DNA of 16,163 nt from Candidatus Thorarchaeota archaeon. Lineage in GTDB: Archaea > Asgardarchaeota > Thorarchaeia > Thorarchaeales > Thorarchaeaceae. The stretch's first letter is position 1; the number at the start of each line of letters is the position of its first letter. Positions 7,560 to 13,917 of the stretch are shown here, piece after piece. Below the pieces are notes generated by a model. It did no database searches and was not told where the DNA came from. It saw only the letters and a program-made list of their open reading frames with translations. The stretch lies in the NCBI GenBank assembly GCA_016840855.1, contig JAEORO010000169.1, forward strand, positions 1-16,163, given 5' to 3'. A program made the position numbers and the translations under genes.

Positions 7560-9719
7560 ATGCGTCTTCAGATGAGTCCTGAAAAAATGGTTGTAGCAAA
7601 GGTCATCTCTCACAAGGATTTTGAGAGACAGGTCTTGAAGTCAATAGAGGAGTTCTCGCTCTTTGAATTCATTGATGTTCGTCGTCAAGCAGGAATTGTT
7701 GATGTGAAACGGACTCGCGAAGAGGAAACCGTCTATGTTGCCCTTGAACGATTGACCAAGGTCCTTGAGTCGTTAGAGATTGACTATACCAAGAGGACTG
7801 GAGTCTACACTGAAGTGTATGATACCACACTTCAAAACTCACTCAAGTTTGCTTCAGAGGTCATCTCTGCTGTCGAAGCAGAGGTCCTCGATATTGATTC
7901 CAAGTTGACAATAGCTCGTTTAGAGATTGAACGCCAGAGAGGCATTGCAGATGTTGCCATGTCCCTGAGGCCACTTGGTATAGATCCTAGTTTGATTGGC
8001 ACTACTGAATTCACATTCACAACAGCTGGCATTATACCTTCTGGGAGAGAGTCCGAGCTGGAGTGGAGTATCAACGAGGTCACTGAAGGCGCTTTCACAG
8101 TTGGTCGTATGCCCCTGAAAAGAGGCGGGGCTGCATGCGTAATCACAGTGCCTATTGAATTGAAAGATGCTGTCGAGCGAATTTTATCAGCTATGCAGTT
8201 CGAGGCTTTTGCGATACCCGAGGACTCAACTGGTCAACCTGAACAGATTGTTGAGGATGCTGAAATCAAGATTGCTGAGTTGAACCAGGAAACAGACCAA
8301 CTCGATAAGAGAAAGGAGCACATTGCACTTGAGTGGGGTCAACGTATCCTGGCTGCATGGGAAACTCTTGATATTGAGCGAAAGAGGATTGACATCAAGA
8401 GCTTTATTGTCTACACTGAACAAGCTATCAAGATGTGGGGCTGGGTTCCTAAGGGGAAAGAGGAGGAGTTCGAATCCATTCTTCGTAAGAATGTAGGACC
8501 GGCTCTTGAAGTTACATTTGATGAACCTGACTTCGCTGAGGTTGAAGCACCAACTTACATATCCAATCCATCATTTATGAAGCCAACAGAGGATGTTGTC
8601 AAAGCATTCGGGATCCCCTCTCGTCATGATCTCGACCCAACGAAGCTTATGGCTTTCTCATTCCCATTGATTTTCGGTCTGGTCTTCTCAGATGTTGGAC
8701 AAGGGTTTCTGATATTCCTCATTGGTTATGCTGCCCTGAGAGCAAACAAGAAAGGGCAGGACTGGGGTTCTATTCTCGGATATGTTCAGAATGGTGCTCA
8801 AGGTCTAATGTTGATGGGTATTTTTGCCATGTTAGGTGGCTTCCTGTTTGGGAGTATCTTTGGTGCAGAAACAGTCATCGAACCATTGTGGCCAATATTT
8901 GCTCACGCTGATCCAAACCGTGCGACACACATGCTTAAGCTCTCGATTGAGGTGGGAGTCATCCATATCTCATTGGGCATTATCTTGAGTCTATACAATG
9001 AGCTAAAGCATAAGGACCGAAGAAAATCATTGATTGCCATCTCATACCTCTGGCTATACCTAGGTTTCATCAACCTCCTGTTTGGTGTGAGCTATAACAG
9101 TATTGGCAACTGGTTCTCTGCGACTGGTACTGTATCCCTATGGCTTCCAATCATTGGTATCGGCTATGGTACTGGAACACACAACCCGTTCTATCCTATT
9201 CTCCCAATAGCGCCGATGATATTCACCATCGTAATGTTCATCATTCCACTTGTCATCATGTTGGTTTCTTCACTCATGGGCGGAATGGACGGCGTAGTGT
9301 ACTTCCTAGAATACATCATAGGAATGATTAGTCACACAGTCAGCTATGCACGTATCTTTGCACTGAACACTGTACATATCATTCTTAGTAGTGTGTTCAT
9401 CTCATTGCCTGCAATCTTCGTTATCTACTTCCCTGAGTTCTCATTGTTTGGACTTGAGATAATTCCTCATGAGGTAACTACACTGCACTACACAGGGCCT
9501 CCGTACATGCCACTTCTTGGTGCATTCATTGGTACCCTGATTGTAGGGGTTCTTGAAGGTCTGCTTGGGTTCATGCACACACTCAGGCTTCACTTTGTAG
9601 AGTGGTTTAGCAAATTCTATCATGCAGGTGGTGTTGAATTTCAGCCATTCCGTGTGAAACGCCTACATACTGTGAAAATGGCTCAGGAAACAGTTGCAGC
9701 GAACATCACAGTTCCATGA
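7560..9719 (+). CDS. atpI: A/V-type ATP synthase subunit I (a)
   Basis: Soluble N-terminal half followed by DPT....FPLIFGLVFSDVGQG, the essential Arg in SHTVSYARI, and HTLRLHFVEWFSKFY...F.PF. ATG 7560 follows a GGTGA SD at 7548-7552. Confidence 0.96.
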   Translation: MRLQMSPEKMVVAKVISHKDFERQVLKSIEEFSLFEFIDVRRQAGIVDVKRTREEETVYVALERLTKVLESLEIDYTKRTGVYTEVYDTTLQNSLKFASEVISAVEAEVLDIDSKLTIARLEIERQRGIADVAMSLRPLGIDPSLIGTTEFTFTTAGIIPSGRESELEWSINEVTEGAFTVGRMPLKRGGAACVITVPIELKDAVERILSAMQFEAFAIPEDSTGQPEQIVEDAEIKIAELNQETDQLDKRKEHIALEWGQRILAAWETLDIERKRIDIKSFIVYTEQAIKMWGWVPKGKEEEFESILRKNVGPALEVTFDEPDFAEVEAPTYISNPSFMKPTEDVVKAFGIPSRHDLDPTKLMAFSFPLIFGLVFSDVGQGFLIFLIGYAALRANKKGQDWGSILGYVQNGAQGLMLMGIFAMLGGFLFGSIFGAETVIEPLWPIFAHADPNRATHMLKLSIEVGVIHISLGIILSLYNELKHKDRRKSLIAISYLWLYLGFINLLFGVSYNSIGNWFSATGTVSLWLPIIGIGYGTGTHNPFYPILPIAPMIFTIVMFIIPLVIMLVSSLMGGMDGVVYFLEYIIGMISHTVSYARIFALNTVHIILSSVFISLPAIFVIYFPEFSLFGLEIIPHEVTTLHYTGPPYMPLLGAFIGTLIVGVLEGLLGFMHTLRLHFVEWFSKFYHAGGVEFQPFRVKRLHTVKMAQETVAANITVP

Positions 9720-9733
9720 CAGCAACCAATTGA

Positions 9734-12079
9734 TCATTGCCCTGCTGAGCCTAGGTAGAGTGCAACAAGCTCAGTTTCACCTTTCTCACTAGGGTCCTGA
9801 TCTCTCTCAAGACGCTGTCTGTTGTCCCACACACTCCTCGCTAGTAAGTCTGTGGTCTTTGCTCGGTTATCTACATTCTGAGCTGCTTGGGCATCACCGA
9901 CCTGCTGGAAGACTTGTGCAGCCACTGTATAGTTCCCGACAGCTTCGCGAAGCTGATCATTCGCGTCTGTGTAATGCATCTTTGCTTTGGACTTCTTTCC
10001 TGTCTTGAACATATACTCAGCCATGAAATCGCTTTTTGCTCCTTGGATTCTAGAGAGATCGCCTTTGAACTTCAAGACCACTCCCTGAAGCTGTTTCACC
10101 TGCAGCTCAACATTGTTCCTTAGACGTATCATTTCACCCTTCACACTGTCGAGCTCGTTTGCAGCAGACTCGAACGATGCAACAGTCTGTTTAATTCTGG
10201 ATATTGCTCCATCGTGGATTTCCAAGGCATCTTCAACGATATCCTCATCATCAAGCTGCGCAAGTTCATCCTCCAGTCTTCGAAACGCGTTCATTCTCTC
10301 TATCTGTGCTCTGAATGACCATTGTTCAGACTGCCGAGAGTATACCTGTGCTTCTGAGGCAAAGGCCGTTGCTAACGCTAGTTTTCCAAGGTCGGTGAGC
10401 TCTGCTGCTGGTCCTTTTTCTCCTATGACCTTGTAGTATGATGCAGCCTCTGCAGCATGAAGGTTCTCAAGGATACGCGACATGATGAACTTCACTCCAT
10501 GGGTCAATTGCGAACTCAGCTGAAACTGAATCATATACTTCACATTATTGAGTAGCGCTAAGGTTCGGTTTCGAAGGTTTCCAACCTCCTGATCTTCTGC
10601 TTCGATACTCAATAGAATACCTAGACTGTTCAAACCTTCACGAATTGAGTCAAGGGCCTCAGCAGGATTGCTAGCCATCAGGGCCTCTGCTTCATCCAAG
10701 TCCTTGCCCACATCTTGAATAAGTCCTGTCTTACGGAGGTCTTTGGCAAAATCAATCTGGTCAATGATACTGCTGATATCATTAGTCTTCTTCTTTTGTT
10801 TCTCGAGGAGATCCTTGACGAAGCTGTATGTCTTTAGATCCTCTTTGATTGCACCAGTAAGTTCTCGAGTCTTAGCGAGCTTTTCTGCTTTTTCCAGATT
10901 TTTGAAGATGTCTTTCAATACAATGCTCGCTTCACTACTATTGTTGAGTTTAATCAGTTCTGACAGTGTCTGTACACTAGATTCCACACTGCAATACAAC
11001 GACTGCGCTTTCTTTTGCTCCTTGTCAATTCTGGACTGCTCTGCGTTGGTCTGAAGTGCTATTACCTCCCTGAAACATTTCTCAGCCCTACCAAAAGCAT
11101 CAGATGCCACTTGGTATAGTTTCGAGGCGTCTTCTAAGTTGCCTGAACGCATTTGAGCGTCAGCGATATCCGTATAGGTCATTGCGAGATATACCTCACT
11201 CAGACCAGCAGTATTCTGTTTCCAAGACTTAATCATGGAAAGTCTCTCTTTCTCATCGCGTCTTTTTCCAAAATGCGGGATTGCTTCATTGTATAAGTCC
11301 GTCGCTTGTTCAAAAATGAACGAACTGATGATATCCCTCCATACAAGCTCGTCAAATGGGTTGAACGCCTGTCTGAAGGTACTCTCTTGACCAATGAGCT
11401 CGTTCAGGAACTCATCATAGAACTCCGCTTCTGCACTCATATTCTTTCCAAGCATCGATGAAAGCTCTACATCCTTCGCCTCGTGACTTTGTTTGAGCAG
11501 ATTATATGCTTGCATACCCAAGGCTACTCTGCGTAGTTTCTGAGTCCCATCTATCTTCTGTGCAATTGCAGAAAATGGCTTCTCTAGCATCGTATAGACC
11601 GCGGCTAGGTACTTAGAGGCATTCTTTTGTATGTCTGCATGCTCCTCCTCCACAAATGGTCCGCTGGCTGCAGCTGCTTGGTGAAGCCATGCCATGACCC
11701 GAGCCATCCATATATCTGCCAAGTTTTTCTGAGATTGAGCTGTGAGCTCTTCGAGTGCGTTCTCAAGTTGAGTCTTGGTTTCCCCTTCACTCTGAGCAAT
11801 TCTATTCTTTATGTAAGCAAGATCAAACTCATCAATCATGATTTGTTCATTGAAGGCTACAATACTATCGTATAGTTCTGTGAACGAATCATGCATTTCG
11901 ATACGCTTTTTCTCAAGACCCTCCTTATCATCAATATCATGGAGTGAAAAATCTCTCACTGCATCTTGCGCTTTGATGTTCAGCTCAAAAAGCAGACTAG
12001 TAAAAATGGTAATGTCGTCTGTATCGCTGTCATCCTGCTGACTTGCTTTTTTCTTCGAGCTGGGTAGAACGTTACTCAA
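9734..12079 (-). CDS. Large all-alpha helical repeat protein (TPR/SNAP-like), function unknown
   Basis: Long A/E/L/K/Q-rich ORF with no TM segment or enzyme motif, and recurrent A..LY..A...F helices. TTG 12079 has GGAGG 8 nt upstream; the track start is 12109. Confidence 0.8.
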   Translation of the reverse strand: MSNVLPSSKKKASQQDDSDTDDITIFTSLLFELNIKAQDAVRDFSLHDIDDKEGLEKKRIEMHDSFTELYDSIVAFNEQIMIDEFDLAYIKNRIAQSEGETKTQLENALEELTAQSQKNLADIWMARVMAWLHQAAAASGPFVEEEHADIQKNASKYLAAVYTMLEKPFSAIAQKIDGTQKLRRVALGMQAYNLLKQSHEAKDVELSSMLGKNMSAEAEFYDEFLNELIGQESTFRQAFNPFDELVWRDIISSFIFEQATDLYNEAIPHFGKRRDEKERLSMIKSWKQNTAGLSEVYLAMTYTDIADAQMRSGNLEDASKLYQVASDAFGRAEKCFREVIALQTNAEQSRIDKEQKKAQSLYCSVESSVQTLSELIKLNNSSEASIVLKDIFKNLEKAEKLAKTRELTGAIKEDLKTYSFVKDLLEKQKKKTNDISSIIDQIDFAKDLRKTGLIQDVGKDLDEAEALMASNPAEALDSIREGLNSLGILLSIEAEDQEVGNLRNRTLALLNNVKYMIQFQLSSQLTHGVKFIMSRILENLHAAEAASYYKVIGEKGPAAELTDLGKLALATAFASEAQVYSRQSEQWSFRAQIERMNAFRRLEDELAQLDDEDIVEDALEIHDGAISRIKQTVASFESAANELDSVKGEMIRLRNNVELQVKQLQGVVLKFKGDLSRIQGAKSDFMAEYMFKTGKKSKAKMHYTDANDQLREAVGNYTVAAQVFQQVGDAQAAQNVDNRAKTTDLLARSVWDNRQRLERDQDPSEKGETELVALYLGSAGQ

Positions 12080-12209
12080 TAGAGTATCCTCCTCTAATTT
12101 CAAGCCCAAAGAAGGAACAGCTTACTATTACTTAAGAGTACTTGCGCTGAGCGCCTTACCGTAATGAGTCTGAACACCAGGTGCTTTTTTGAACGGTTTG
12201 ACCTAAAGG

Positions 12210-12590
12210 CTATTCGTCGTCAGCAGTTCTGAATCTTATCTGACGTCCATCTCGAAACTTAATGAGGTGACCATCGCCAACGAGCTTATTCAGGACTTCA
12301 CTTGTCCTTGACCGAGATTTTCCCCATTTCTCAGCCAATTCAGTTGCGGTAAGCCCCAAGTCTTCCTCATTGAGGAGGTTCACAAGTCTGGACCAGCTGA
12401 CATCTCCCTCTAAACAGTTGCCAGGATCACTAAAAACATTATACTGCCCTGAGTCAAAAGGTGAGCCTGCGTCTGAGGGGTTTTTCAACCTTGTAGTGAG
12501 TTCTACAATCGTGTCTTTTAGAGTGTAGACAGTCTGTTTTAACTCATGAACTTCCTTTCGAAGCTCTTTCAGTTCTTTATTTTCTGTCAA
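12210..12590 (-). CDS. N-terminal coiled coil + C-terminal winged helix-turn-helix DNA-binding protein
   Basis: Heptad pattern LKELRKEVHELKQTVYTLKDTIVEL, then the wHTH GLTATELAEKWGKSRSRTSEVLNKLVGDGHLIKFRDGRQIRF. TTG start follows a purine-rich SD. Confidence 0.85.
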   Translation of the reverse strand: MTENKELKELRKEVHELKQTVYTLKDTIVELTTRLKNPSDAGSPFDSGQYNVFSDPGNCLEGDVSWSRLVNLLNEEDLGLTATELAEKWGKSRSRTSEVLNKLVGDGHLIKFRDGRQIRFRTADDE

Positions 12591-12607
12591 TACTATTCCC
12601 CCTATTC

Positions 12608-12943
12608 CTAACTCTTTTCATAATCTGGACGAAACTCGATATAGTTCCTTCTCTTCTTCTTCTTCTCCAGACACTCTTTGACCTCTTCTGCCTCGAAGTT
12701 CAACTCTTGGTTTGGATCGTAGTTTTCCATATCTTCCAATGCTCCTTCCGTGTCAGGTATGTCTTCTGCTTCTCTCGGGAGGACATTGGGCTTCGCAGTC
12801 ACTTTCTTATCAAGTGATTTTGATTCAGTGGATGATGATACGGGTTCAAATAACTCGTACTCAGATTTCTTCATCCGAAGGATATTGCCGAGAATTTCCT
12901 TTGTTTCCTTCATACAACGGTCTCGTTTATGCTGGTACGTCAT
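12608..12943 (-). CDS. Highly charged, probably partly disordered hypothetical protein
   Basis: The ORF fills the gap between a strong TATA box and the wHTH gene (17 nt spacer) and has coding-like E/K-rich composition. The start is ATG 12943 or TTG 12955. Confidence 0.6.
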   Translation of the reverse strand: MTYQHKRDRCMKETKEILGNILRMKKSEYELFEPVSSSTESKSLDKKVTAKPNVLPREAEDIPDTEGALEDMENYDPNQELNFEAEEVKECLEKKKKRRNYIEFRPDYEKS

Positions 12944-12948
12944 GCTGC

Positions 12949-12980
12949 TCGACAACCGTCAACAATAATCGACAATAATC
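12949..12980. repeat. Three tandem 10-bp direct repeats
   Basis: TCGACAACCG / TCAACAATAA / TCGACAATAA / TC. Confidence 0.7.
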
Positions 12981-12998
12981 ATCTTATGAATTTGTGAG

Positions 12999-13014
12999 TA
13001 TATAAAGATTTAGC
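12999..13014 (-). promoter_or_regulatory. Consensus archaeal BRE/TATA promoter for the 12943-12210 genes
   Basis: The minus strand reads GCTAAATCTTTATATA, with a consensus TTTATATA box at 13006-12999. Confidence 0.65.
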
Positions 13015-13027
13015 CATGTCCTTTTTG

Positions 13028-13813
13028 TTACTCCCTGTCTACAACCATTGTTCTGGCAAAGGTGATGTACCCTGTATGAGCGACCATCCATGTTGTAGGT
13101 CGTGTCTTATTCTCACGGACCATGATTTCCCTCTCCAAGATCTCTAGAGTCTTTATCATTCCCCATTTCCCATTCTCTCCAAGTGCTTTGCATGTCTTCA
13201 TGGTCTGCTCAATGGTCGGACTATAGCTAGCCAAAGAATGGCTTGGCCGCAACACACGATGTGCTTCATCTGTAAGTTCCCAAGGAGTAGCGAGGTCAAG
13301 TACTACAGCATCAATATCTGTTTCTTTTATGCCCTCCAGGATGTCCTGATTGTACATTGTCACATTTTCAGTCAGTCCATATTTCTCCAAATTCTTCTTT
13401 GCGCCAGTATACATGTCTTCCCTTACCTCATACGTATACACGTGACCAGTGGGACCTACTGCTCTTGAGAGAATGCTTGTGAGCGCACCTGAACCAGTAC
13501 CAGATTCAACAACTCTGGCTCCTGCACCTATCCCAGCTTCAATCAGTATGGTCCCTGCATCCTTTGGATACACAATCTGCGTGTTCCTTCCCATTGCAAT
13601 CTGGATATCAGTTGGATTTGGTCTGTGAATTTGGAAGATAACTCCTGAATGACTCTCAACTTTTATCCCATAGGGTCTTCCAATCAAGTCATCAAACTTT
13701 ATCTTCCCTCTGTTGGAGTGGAACTCCTCACCAGCGATGACTTTCCGTATCCAGTTACGCTTAGCATCTAGAAAAATGAAGACATGACTTCCATCCTGAA
13801 TTAGGTCTTGCAT
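13028..13813 (-). CDS. trmI: tRNA (adenine-57/58-N1)-methyltransferase TrmI (GCD14 family)
   Basis: Motifs TQIVYPKD, VVESGTGSGALT, YTYEVR, DAVVLDLATPW, YSPTIEQ and RPTTWMVAHTGYITFAR. Confidence 0.96.
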   Translation of the reverse strand: MQDLIQDGSHVFIFLDAKRNWIRKVIAGEEFHSNRGKIKFDDLIGRPYGIKVESHSGVIFQIHRPNPTDIQIAMGRNTQIVYPKDAGTILIEAGIGAGARVVESGTGSGALTSILSRAVGPTGHVYTYEVREDMYTGAKKNLEKYGLTENVTMYNQDILEGIKETDIDAVVLDLATPWELTDEAHRVLRPSHSLASYSPTIEQTMKTCKALGENGKWGMIKTLEILEREIMVRENKTRPTTWMVAHTGYITFARTMVVDRE

Positions 13814-13871
13814 GATGTGTCACTGAACAGTTATGGTTTTGAGTCTTGCTAACCAGTAACGCGCGATGCTA

Positions 13872-13884
13872 CAAAGCTTTATTC
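13872..13884 (+). promoter_or_regulatory. Putative BRE/TATA for the HerA-like ATPase
   Basis: CAAAGCTTTATTC, ~35-40 nt upstream of TTG 13918. Confidence 0.4.
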
Positions 13885-13917
13885 GAAGTCAGATTTGAGT
13901 TGTCCAGAGGTGTTCGT

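Noticed and set aside
12128-12154. Short palindromes (GCGCTGAGCGC, CTTAAG) upstream of the solenoid gene
   Set aside because: They are too short to distinguish from chance without comparative data.
12949-12980. Tandem repeats as a CRISPR remnant
   Set aside because: The units are 10 bp with no spacers, and no cas genes are present.
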